This document shows positions 11,976 through 23,490 of a stretch of 64,000 nucleotides of DNA, piece by piece; position 1 is the stretch's first letter; every line of letters begins with the position of its first letter. A model generated the notes under the pieces. The model worked only from the letters and a program-made list of their open reading frames with translations. It did not search any database and was not told the DNA's origin. This stretch comes from Vitrella brassicaformis CCMP3155 (taxonomy: Eukaryota > Protista > Chromerida). The stretch covers positions 1-64,000 of the forward strand of contig CDMY01000494.1 of the NCBI GenBank assembly GCA_001179505.1. Reading direction: 5' to 3'. The translations under genes were made by a program, and so were the position numbers.

Positions 11976-14900
11976 TTAGCTGCCACTTGGCATCACTGCA
12001 AGCCACACACAAGTACAAACGCATTTGACCGGCAGCTCAGTCGATTCTTGCACTGTTCTCTGCCTTGCGTACCCATTCATCATCCGATATCGTGTCGCCT
12101 GTCGCCGCTGCTGCTGCTGCCGCTGCATAAAGCCAATCAGATATGGATGACGGGTGATGGCGTGCTTGCTTTGTCTATGGTAGACTGGGTACCGGCAGGT
12201 CGTTCTGGTGGCGGTAGGCTGCCCGTCTCTCTCAGGTGTGTCAGCAGTTCCACAGACTTTTTCACGGCCCCCTCGGTGCCTGCACATATCAAGGAGAAAA
12301 ACGATTTCGCATCTCCTTCGATTGACCAATATTTTTCCTATCGATTGACCTTTTATTCTTATTTTCATGTCCCCGGTTTCCCTCCTCTTGGGCACGTCGA
12401 TCTTCACCGCGACTGTGGCCCACCACCCACACACGCACAAAGAGCAGACACATACATCTTGCTTCCTGCTTCCGAATTGTGCACATATCCTCCGCTTACA
12501 TTGGCCGCCGATTTATGATTTGGTTGATCGTGTCGCCTCTCCGGCCGAGGATCAGCCCCCTCTCGGTCTGATACAGGAATGAAACCGCCACACACACATG
12601 TGTGCACGTATAACTCAGGTATCAGAATGTATTTGCTCACCGGCGAGTTCATCTTGAATTTCTCGCGGACGAGCTTGCCGGGCCTTGGCGGGTTTGCCGG
12701 CAGATGGCCGATGACTTCATCGATGCTCTGGCCCGCCGCCAGGGACTTGAGGGTGCGATCAAACTCGTGCATCATCCGGGCGCGCATCTGAAGAGGAGCA
12801 TCAGAGGCAGAGACATGTGCGTGTGCATTCATCTGTGGCTCCATGCAATCGTCTGTATACCTGCGGCTTCACCGTGTACATGCGGTCGGTCTCTATCGGG
12901 TCCTCGACCCACATGTCCTGAAGAGGCAGGGGAACTTCTCGCTCGCATCAAAGCAGGCCGTTTGTCCATTCATTTTGTTGCTGTGTACCTCGGGGTGGTC
13001 AGTGTAGTCCGTCTCCCTATCGTCGGCCCTCTGTGATGTCTGCACACGCACATGCCAAATGCCGTGATGTGGTCTCCCCTCTCTCCTTCTCATGTCACCT
13101 ACACTGGCGCTGTCTGTGTTGATGTATTTCCTCTGTCGTCGGTGTCGCTGCAGGTATTCTTCCTTGGTGACGACGTCGGGGGCCAGGCGGATGGCGACGA
13201 CGTATTTGCGGAAATCGAACTGCTCCTTGTAGAAACTAAACAAGACAGAATCAAAGGAGAGAAGGTACAGAAGCAGGGTTTTGGGCCGTGTCTCCATCCC
13301 TCCCTCCATCTCCCTGTGTGTGCACATGTGAAGCTTATTTACCTAAAAAACTCATACATGAGCTGGGGCAGCTCGAGATTCGCGCCGTTGGCGGCGTAGG
13401 GGTTCAGCCGTCGCCTGACACACACACATACATGAGCTCGATAAGTGTCTAAGCGGAAATCCTGTCTACGGCTCAATTCACCTGAATTTCCTTCTTCCCT
13501 CCAGCTCCCGTCTTGCCTCCTTGGTCTGCTGGCTGACCTCGTTGTCGCTGTCGCTGTCGTCCATGACGGCGGCCTGCGTGGAGGGGGAGGGAGCAGACGT
13601 CTGGCTGCTGGACTGGGTAGCGGGGGAGGGGCCCGGAAGCGATCGATGCGACGACTGTGGGGTGGAGAGCGGGGGCCGTGTCTCCTCAGTGGGTGGGTCC
13701 TGGAACCAGACCTGATGGGGTGATATGAGGGAAAAGGATGAACCGTTGCTGGACCTCTCTCTCTTGTGCCTCTTCTGTACATCATGTTCGAGGGCAGCCC
13801 GCCTCTTGAAGTCATGTGTGTGCTCCAGGTGCTTGGGCGGCGCCGAGCCGTCTTGAGGCTTCTATAGATTTGGCAGCAGCGGTGGGCTCCTAATGAAGAC
13901 ACACAAACGCACAGCCGAACACCGGTCAAGTTGTACACTCCCTTCTCAGTTGATGCACTTGAATCACCTTGTTTGTGCCCAAAACACCAAGAGCAGCATC
14001 CAGACATACTTCGATAAACACCCGCTGCCCGTCTCCGCCAGCGCCCTCACCTTCACCCACATCTTGATGAGCCACCCTGCAGACAAGGCCCGCAGTGGCG
14101 CAAACAAGTCAAGGACTTTGCAATCCGCGTGTATATCAGTTTGTTACCCAGCATGTGTACGGCTCTCGACGAATGAAAGTAGGCCCGGAGGAGGTGGGAG
14201 TTGTGGATGCCCAAAGGATTGTTGAAAGTAATCTCAACCTTCCCATGGGCATCCCCCTAGCCAGACATGAACGTACACACAGAACACGAGAGGCCACACA
14301 ATGCATTTATTGTGCTTGTCGGCACTGTATGGTGTGTACATGTCGCAGCGTGCAGCGCACGATGGGAGTTCGCGCGCGACTGATGGGCACCGTCTCCATC
14401 TCAAAATTGTAATTCTGACAGGAACCCATACAGACAGACAGACAGACAGACAAAGAGAGAGAGACAAAGAAACAAAGAGACAAAGAGATCCGTGAGCATC
14501 CGATGTGGTGTTTCCGCGTCTTGTCTGTTCTATTCTTCTTCCGTCCTTCAGATACTTGTCCACGAGCTCACACGCCCGGCCACGGGGGTCGACGGCTCTC
14601 GACCGCTGCCTCTCGTCCATGAGCCTCGCCATCTGCTGTTGGGGGATGGTGGCGACGAGGTCGATGTCGCTGCTCTTCATGGCCAAGTTCTAGACGTATG
14701 AGCCGAAGAGGGTGATGTTGGCCGTGTCTAAGACGTGCTTGACGGCCACCCGTACTCGGCCCATCGTCTGTTTAGAGGGAGACAGAGAAATGTGTGTGCC
14801 TTCACTCTTATCTTTCACGTACCTCTGCCCAAGCCTGGATCTCCCGATCTCCCAAGGGGTTCCGGCGGTTCGCTGTCAGCGCTTCTTGCTGCATGTCGGC

Positions 14901-15436
14901 CTGCTTCTGTGTGGGGACCGGGAGAAGGACAGTGCACGGCCGGCTCTGCGTCCACAGCCAAGAATGGGCGATGGATGCCTTTCTTTCAAGCTTTCATTGC
15001 CCACCTCTGTCTTCTTGATGCGCTCGAGGTCCTGCAAAGCCGCTTCGAGATCCTCTTTCTGAAGACAAGAAGCACAATTCGTCCTGTGCTGTGCTGGACA
15101 GACGTGTCTCTGCCTTTGGCCACTTGTTTGCGAAGAATCGACAGATGCTCGGTGAGCTCGGCGCTCCGCTTGTGTTGCAGCCGCAGGACTGCCATGAAGT
15201 TGTCTGCAGCAGACAGGATGTTTGAGCCCCCTACATGTGAATCCGGGTAGCGTGTGCACATACCCTTGTCCGTCGCCCTTGCCCGCTTGTATTCTCTCTT
15301 GACGGCCTGGTGGTGCCGCACTGCGGTCTGAAGCCGTCGGACCGCTTCCTCCCTCTCCCTCCGGCCCCTTGTTTGTTGTCTTCTCTGCGATAGAAAAGGC
15401 ACAGCATGAACAGAGTGCACATGTGTTTGCTTTCAT
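11976..15436 (-). pseudogene. Disabled TUTase-KH paralog (copy B), inverted relative to copy A
   Basis: Shares motifs and intron positions with copy A: AWAE|TMGRVR, LFGSYV*NLAMKSSDIDL, ARTPIVRC, VEITFNNPLGIHNSHLL, LIKMWVK...LSKYVWMLL, PPLLPNL*, FDFRKYVVAIR, WVEDPIET, FKMNSP|TERGLILGRRGDTINQI. In-frame TAG at 14690-14692 and 13862-13864. Apparent phase break in the KH exons. Confidence 0.75.
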
Positions 15437-16067
15437 GCATGTGTTTAGTCACTGTCGTTTTTTGTTCGGGCCAGTGCGGCACGTGTGCTGGCTGTTTCTG
15501 CACGGAACAGAAGATAGGAACGACGCGTGAAAATCGAAGAGTGCCAGCCGACTGATCTCATCATTTTACCTCCATCTCCCTCTCCACCGCAGGCCTACGC
15601 ACACACACGCGCGCACACGCGGAGAGAGAAAGAGGGTCGTGGACTCATCGATGTGGATATTCGTGGGCAGGTTTACCCCGAGAGGCCAAGGAAACAGCAT
15701 ATGGCGGGCATCCCGTCTGAATGGGCGACGACAAGAGATGTGTGACTTTGCAGCCTTGCTCATGTGAAAGGACCGTGTCTTTTCGTGGCACACCGTGTGT
15801 TTCGTTGCACTCGAATGTCAGATGTTGTAGATCTTGCTGGTTGGGCTCCACAAGGTGCGTTCAATCCTCAACTCAAAAGATCCGCAAATCTAAGCTCGCA
15901 TGCCGGGGGCCCTGAAACCCCGGGGCCAGCCTCAAACAACGAGGCCAAGTTCACGATGATTCGATTGAAGGCAATACACCGTGCAGTCTATCAACACCGC
16001 CCCCATACGCAGAGAGTAGCACGCATCCACACATTCTCATCCACCCAGTGTGAGTCGAGTCACGCAT

Positions 16068-19000
16068 CTATCGCACGATCTCCCCCTCCTGCTTCATGTG
16101 CTCCACCTCCCCGTTGCACTGTGGGCACCGCAGCGGCTCGCCCGTCTGCTTTGCCCGGCCACACCAGCCCTCCTTGCATGGGTGGCACAGGCAGATGTGC
16201 AGACAGGGGAAGAACCGCCATACGGCATAGGTGTCGTTACCACACACCAGACACTTCGGCTGGCTGAGGTGGCGGGCTTGCTTGGTCGCCGCTGCGAAGA
16301 TCTGAGCTAGGTTGGTCTGCTGCTGCGTCGCCATGGCCATGAAGGCGTCCAGCTCCTCGGTGCTCTGAGTCTCCAGCAACGCATCCACCGTCAGACTGAC
16401 ACGACAGACACCACGATTACAACACATGCACAGTGAGTGGGTGTGTGGGGCACTCGTTGCTGCTCACTTGGGTCGTTTCTTGACTTCGTTCCGGAGTGCA
16501 TCGATCTGCCCGATCTGGGCGGCGTAGCTGTCGCGCTCATCCTGACGACGCTGACACTCATCTACCAACCTGCACACACATGGCACCGAGGACAGAGGGA
16601 TTCTGTGGCGGGTGACTGATTCGGTGTCCCTCTCATCTCCCTTTCCACTCACCGGTCGATCTTGGCCTGCATTTGCTCTACTTGCATGCGATGGACAGCC
16701 GCCTCCTGCTCCAGCTGGGCAGACACACTGCACACACCGCATCATAATGAACACCGAGACATCTGTGAAAGCTGGTGGATGTGGATGTCCATGTCACTCA
16801 GGCGACTGACCGACCTCGGGGGCTGCTCCTGGCGTTGCAGCAGTTGGTGACGCAGCTGGGCCCGCAAGCTGAAGCCAAAACACGTCCCACTCACACACAC
16901 ATGGATCTGCCGGCGCACACAGCCGTGATGGGTCCTACCGCTGGATGTCTTCATCCCGTTGCTGGCACAACGCCTGCTGCTGCTGCAGCCGCCCGGTCAA
17001 CCTGCACACAAAAGAGGGCGGAATATGGATGGATGATGGTGCGATCATGTGTGGGACCGATTCCACTGACCCCTGTATGGTGAACTCCTGCTCGCGTATG
17101 TGCTGGCCGTGCACCGCCTCGACAGATCGCAACCTGACAGTGGATGAAGAGGCAGACACGTGTGTAAGGATGGGTCAGGTCCCCGTTCCCTGTGTGGCGT
17201 GGTTGTCTGACTTACTTGTCCTCCTGTGCGGCAAGGGCATCCCTGAGGGCCTCCTCAACCGCACGCACACGTTTCTCGCACTCCACCTTGGCCTCACGCA
17301 ACCTACACCCATTGATGCATCCATGACCATGACGGAGCATGTGTGTTGCCAGCCTCTTGTTTGGTGTGGATTGATGGGTGGATGGATGGATGGATGGAGC
17401 GTGCCTGCTTGTCTATCTCGCCCTGCAGCTCAGACACCACCCTGCACACAAAACAGAGAGACAAAGCACCTTTTAAATGCACTGCCCAGCCCGTCAGCCC
17501 CACGTGCATGTGTGGCCTTTCTGTACCTCTCGTGCAGAGCCCGCGAGACGCCGCCCATGGCCTCTGTCTGGCCGACCTTGGGAGGCGTTTGGTGCTCGCG
17601 TGTCGACTCCGATGCCTTGGACGCACACCGCCCCTTGCTGGTGGGGAGGGGGCTGGCCTTCTCGGGCTTGGCAGATGGCTTGGTGGTGTCGGTAGAGCGG
17701 GTGTCGGTGGGGGTGAGGGCAGCGAAGGGGTTGTTGAGGAGGGGACTGTCAGACGAGATGTCGTCTTCATCATCAGCAGCAGACACACCCGGTGGGCTGG
17801 TCTCCTCCCCGCCGCCGCCCTCCTTACTCCCTCCCTCGCCGCCCCCCACACCACCGTCGCCACCAGCGTGGCCCTTGGGTCTTTTTGGTGTTGTTGTGTT
17901 TCTTCCGGCCCCCCGTCCTGCCAGACTTGGCCTTGGCCGCCGCCTGGCGGGCTCGCTCGTCCTTCTCCTTCTCCCTGGCCTCCTCTGCGATGAGCCTCTG
18001 CATCATCCGCTCCGCCTCCTTCTCCTTGATGCGCATGGCGGCCGCGCCGTCCTCCTGCTGCTGCTGCTCACGCTGGCTGCTGTGGGATGGTTGGTGACTG
18101 TTCTTCTTTCTCCTGGCTGCTGCTGCTGCTTGAGCCGCGTGCACCCCCCTGAGTCACATACAACCAAAGGCAAGATGAGGGACTCAGCCAAAGTGTGTGT
18201 GCTATGTCGGTGAAGGGAGAGGTTACTGCAAGGGCAAGAATCGGTAAGGGATGTTGGGGTCGTCAGGGCACTCCTCCACAATCATGTCCGATCCCAGCAC
18301 AAGGACATACGGATGGGGCAGCTCCAGGATGTTCAGTCTCTGCTGGATGACATTGGACACAGAGCTCGCCTCGAGGACATCGCTACAACTGCTCAACACA
18401 TACACCTGAGAGAGACAAGGCGACAGAGTAGACAGAGGAGCCGAGTTGAGACGTGATGTGCTGTGCTGTGCTCGCAGACATACCATTCCTGTCTCCATTT
18501 GAGTGATTACTGAGGGCCCGTTCAGATCCACACCTGGAACCAAGCCAGCTATCGCCCCCTATTTACACACACGCGCAGAGAGAGAGAGAGGGAGAGATCC
18601 AAGCATAGATTCCCCGCCCCCACGCGCATACATGTTGGTCGATGAGGCCGAGGATGAGGGTGGCCTTGGTGCTCCCACTGAAAGGAATGCCGACCCGACA
18701 AACGCACAGTCCGTAAGCGATCTTTGGTAGTTCTTTCTTACACGGAGTCTCGCACATAGACGACTCCCATCATTCGTGCTTTGACGCTGGTTTTGCTCAG
18801 GTCTATGCCGGGCTTGAGCTCGTTGGTGCCAACCACACGACGACCGCTGCATCCATCCATCCATCCATCCATCCACACACACACGTGTGCGTGTGCATGG
18901 CTTCCGTCACTGCCCACTTGCTACGTATGCAGCAACGGGAGCCAGCTGCCACTGCCACTAGCTCCTCAGGAGTCCTTACGAAAGGCATGCAGACAGACAG

Positions 19001-21551
19001 GGGCACAGACACATCAACCAGACAATCCACGGTGCTGGCCGCTGCACGTACCCCTCACTTACGGCAAATGAGGAATGGCGGGGTCGTCGGGGCACTCCTG
19101 GATGGCCGAGAAGGAAGGGAACGCCACCACGTGGTGGTTCGTCATACCTTTCATCTCAGCGCTGGATGGATAGATTGAACAGTGAGTGATGACACACCCA
19201 CACACCAGACACACAGCGCCACACCTTACCTTGTGTCAGGACAAACGAAGCCTCCATTGAACGCATACACCTACAAATCCCCGACACACACACTGTGCCT
19301 GCCTGCCCGCCCGCCTGCCTGCCTGACATAGAGCCCTTACCTTGCCAGTCTGCACGCCAAATGAGGTGGGAATTGTGGCCAAGATGCTGCTGCCCTGTGC
19401 GTCGTTGATCACGACGAGCGACTCTTTACCCGAGTCGCCAACGGGAGCCCTGAAATGGGACATAATCCATATGTATGGATGTGCATCTGTAGTTGGTTAC
19501 TCCCTGCTTTGCGTACTTACACGGCAGTGACGCGGCCCCTGATGGCGCATTCGAAGTCCTTGCAGCCCGAATGCACCTCAGAGATGGGCACAAACCTGAC
19601 CAGATGAACAAATAGATGACACACAGGCAATGTACCGCCCGGTGAGTGAGCCATCTCACACGCCCTACCTGTCCTTGCTGGACGCAGAGGTCCCCCCACG
19701 GCCTCCACTGGTCCCTTGAGCGGTGAACGGCACCTTGCCGCACCCACGTGCTTCGTCGCCCACGTCCTGCCCTCCCGCCACCTCACTTGCTGCCGACGAC
19801 CTACGCGGATCGTGAAGGGGTGAGAAGGAACCATAGGCAAATACATATCCACCACATCCCCCCACCCCTCCCCCTCCCTACCTGTATGTGTTGCCTGTCG
19901 CTGCACTGGCAGCGCCGCTGCTACTGCTACTGCTCCTGCTGCTGCTGCTGGTGGTGGTGCTGGTAGTAGTGGCGGTGCTGCTTGCTGCCCCGTTGGTCTG
20001 TTTGGCGGTGTAGGAGGGGGTGGGTGTGGGTGTGGGGGAGGGGGTATTGGTGTCGGGGGTGAAGTTGGATGCGAAGTCCGGGATGAACATGCCGCCGATC
20101 TGGACACTGGTCATGACGTTGCCCATGTTGGAAGAGTTGAGCGAATTGAGTAACTGCTGCACCTCACCCAGGTCGCTACTGGCCACACACACACACACGT
20201 GCAAACACGTTCGTGCATTCCTGCACAAGGGTGTGTGTACCTGACTGACGGGAATAGAAACTGAGCTTTCGGCATGGCTGGGTCGTCGTCACACACGGAG
20301 ATCTTGCTGCCGGCACCAAACAGCAGCACACACCGGTGCGAGCACGTCCCCCGCCACGCCTTCAGCTGGGGAACACTGCAAAGAGCGCCAAAATTGGTGG
20401 GGTGCGCCAGATGGAACGACACACAGACAGACATACATGAGCGCATGTGCGTTAGCCACCCCCCCCCTACACACCTGTCCGAGGGCAGCCCGTTGCCTCC
20501 TTCCATCCGGTACACCTGCACCACACAAAGTGGTGTTGTGTTTGCACACACGGCAATTATGTTAATGTGTGTGTCTGGTGGATGGCACGGCTCGCTGTAG
20601 TGACTGACCTTGCCCGCGGCTCCGTCAAACGTACTCGGCAGCAGCACCGGGATGGTGTTCTGGACAGAGGCGTGCCAACGAGTCGTTAGTTGCTTAGATG
20701 CATTCCTCCCTCCGTCCGTTGCCACACGTCAATAGGTGTGTGTGCTGACTTACATGGCCGTCTCCAATCATCCAGGCAGCGTGTGCGGGATAGCCCTCAA
20801 CAGACGAACACAGCCTGACATATATTCACAAGAGAGAATGACCATCGACGCAGTGTGGTGGTTTGGGTGTGATCAGCGAGCGGCCCTGACGGCTTACTTG
20901 AAGAGAAGTCGCGCCTTGACGGCGATGTCAGCCGCGCCGGGGACAATGTCGCTGATACGAACCACACGGCTTTAAACACCACACACACATAGATAGATAC
21001 CCACTCACTCCCACATGTGGATGTTGCAGAGGCGATTGCTTCATCCCTCACCGCTGCTGCGTCGGTGCGCTGCCGACGCGTTCGTACTCCTGTATGTCCA
21101 GCACGTCAGAGCCCACCGAGCTGCACACACGATACATACGCACACACATGGATACATACCATCGACAGACAGAATGTCACGCGTCCGTGTGCTGTGCGGT
21201 GATCTTCTTCCTTCTCGCACAACATGCATTGCATCTCACAATTGTTTGGTGCACTTGGTGACACGTATGATGTCGCGCTTCTTGACCGGGCCACACTTGT
21301 CCACCACAGCCTGCCGCAACCGAGCAGCGACCGAGTCTGAGCCGTCCGGCCGGTCACTCACACGCACATCCCTACACCTGCAGCGACAAACGGACCTCTT
21401 GAGCGATCCGATGGCTGGTGCATGATTTGATGGCCTCCTTCCATACCATACCGTTGGGCCCGACACATGCGATGAGGAGCATGCCTTCGGTGCGGCTGCC
21501 CTCGAGCATCGCCTTCACCGTGCCATGCACCAACGAAGGGGATGCAGCCAT
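16068..21551 (-). CDS. RPA70-like multi-OB-fold protein with coiled coil and C-terminal C3HC4 RING (about 20 exons; two apparent 1-nt frameshifts)
   Basis: RPA70N-like DVRVSD...KKRDIIRV...VLDIQEYE. Three OB-A-like units ending ISVCDDDPAMP, IQECPDDPAIP and VEECPDDPNIP. Coiled-coil exons follow, then RING CLVC...PCLHICLCHPC...CPQC at ~16110-16260. Most splice phases join correctly. Confidence 0.7.
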
Positions 21552-21783
21552 GGCGATGAGTGGGATGGGCCAGATCTCCTCAAAATACCATCAAAACAAG
21601 CCTCCAGGACTCCAGGAACGAGCCCTAAAGAAAACCTCGTGAAACCGATTAATCGGTGTCGAGTCTTCTTCTCGGGGAGCTTCTGCGAGGCAGGCCACCT
21701 ATCAGGAGCTGTCCTGAAGACCGATTGAGTCGATAAGTCGATAGATAAGTCGATAACCGATACCCAAGCCACACACACGAGAT
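21552..21783. promoter_or_regulatory. Putative bidirectional promoter with clustered GATA/TCGATA repeats
   Basis: 232 bp between divergent ATGs (21551 -, 21784 +). GTCGATAAGTCGATAGATAAGTCGATAACCGATAC at 21729-21763. Confidence 0.45.
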
Positions 21784-23013
21784 ATGTCGTTGCCATACGC
21801 CTCGCCGGCCTCACAGCCGCTCACCGGTGTGTATCACAGCCTGGACGACACGTTGCGGGTGGAAATCAGACACTCCTTCATCAAAAAGGTCGGAGAGAAC
21901 AAGAGAGTGGCACGGCAGCAAAGGCATCACGGCGTTGTTCATCTTTGTGTATGTTCCTGCAGGTCTATGGCATATTGGCGGCGCAGCTGGCCGTCACCTT
22001 CGTGCTGGCGGCCTCCCTGACCAGTGCTGCGGCCCTTGCATGGCTCCAATCCCACCCCGCCATCCTGTTCATGGCCATAGTTGTGCAGCTGGGCCTCTGC
22101 ATCAGCTTCATGTGCTGCCCACACCTGCTCAGACAGTAAGAAAGACAGACACACATGCATGGCGCGCCATGCACTCACTCTGTTGGTGACCAAACAGGTA
22201 TCCGACCAACTACATCCTTCTGGGCCTCTTCACCGTCGCCGAAGGGTTCCTTATCGGTGTGTGTAGTGAGAGAGACGAGGGAGGGAACACAAACCAGGCG
22301 GCAAGCGTGTGTTGTGTGTGGTGCGTGGCGTGCAGGTGTGGTGTGTGCGGTGAGCGATCCCGCCATTGTGCTGGTGGCGCTGAGCCTGACGCTGGGCATA
22401 GTCATCGGACTCACCCTCTTCGCATTCCAGACCAAGTCAACCAGCCAGCCAGCCACACATATACACTATCGAGAAATCTGTATTTGTGCGTGCGTGTGTG
22501 TGCGTGTGCGATGTGTCTTCAGATACGACTTCACGTCGTGGGCGCCGTACCTGTTTGTGGTGGCGCTTGGGTTCTTCCTGACGGGTCTGATGATGGGCAT
22601 CATGGGCATGTTTGGGGTGCACATCAAGCTGCTCCACATCCTCTACTGCGGCTTCGGTGTCATCCTATTCTCGATCTACCTCGTTTTCGACACACAGGTG
22701 AGTGAGGTGACCCACCAGCCAGCCAGCCAGCGGAAGGAGCATCCCGGCTGCATATATGCTGTGTCTGTCTGTGTGGCTCAGATGATCGTGGGTGCCAAGC
22801 ACGCCAGATTTGAGTTCTCGGTGGACGACTACTGCTTTGCGGCTCTGATGCTCTACATCGACATCATCCAGGTTCCTCATGACACACACACGCACACACA
22901 CACACATACGCAGGAGAACTGATACGCAGAGACGTGCGTCTTTCTGTTGTCTTGTGTGTCAGATATTCCTCTACTTGCTCCGCCTCCTCCAAATGCTCAG
23001 GAGCTCAGACTGA
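21784..23013 (+). CDS. Bax inhibitor-1 / lifeguard (TMBIM) family membrane protein, ~7 exons
   Basis: Spliced product IRHSFIKK|VYGILAAQL...YPTNYILLGLFTVAEG...FAFQTK|YDFT...YLVFDTQ|MIVG...DDYCFAALMLYIDIIQ|IFLYLLRLL; TGA at 23011-23013. Confidence 0.92.
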
Positions 23014-23490
23014 CACACACCAAGCCGGCCGCATAGCAAACAGACAGACATACAAACGTACGGCAGAAGCTTTGCGGATTTCTCAATGTGAAGCAACACG
23101 TGCCTTCGTGTTCATGTTGTATTGGCGGCTAGCGTAGCCAGGGAGGGATGGATTCGGCGGGGCGGGGCGGGGGGGGCGGGATCGGCCTGTGCATAGTTTT
23201 TCAAGACAGCCAGCCTCCTGTGAATATGTGTGCATTGGTACGTACGTGTCATCCGTCCCATCCTTCAGTGTGTGCACTTGACGTCGAGTGTGCGGCGCTG
23301 CTGCTACTGAATGCACGTCCACTGAGTCTCAGCGGACGGCGATTCCGTCGCAGCGGCACGCCATGCCCGACGTCAAAGGCACACAACGTGCAGAGCAGTC
23401 GTGTGCTACTGCTTGAGTAAAGGGTATTTTTAGCCGTCTGTGTGTCTGTCTATATGGGACGGATTTGCTCGCGAGTGATTCACGTGGATT

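Noticed and set aside
16945-18213. 422-aa + strand ORF and similar long ORFs (e.g. 36686-38206 -, 47770-49239 +, 30332-31066 +)
   Set aside because: They are antisense shadows of real GC3-rich exons, or run through microsatellites and N gaps.
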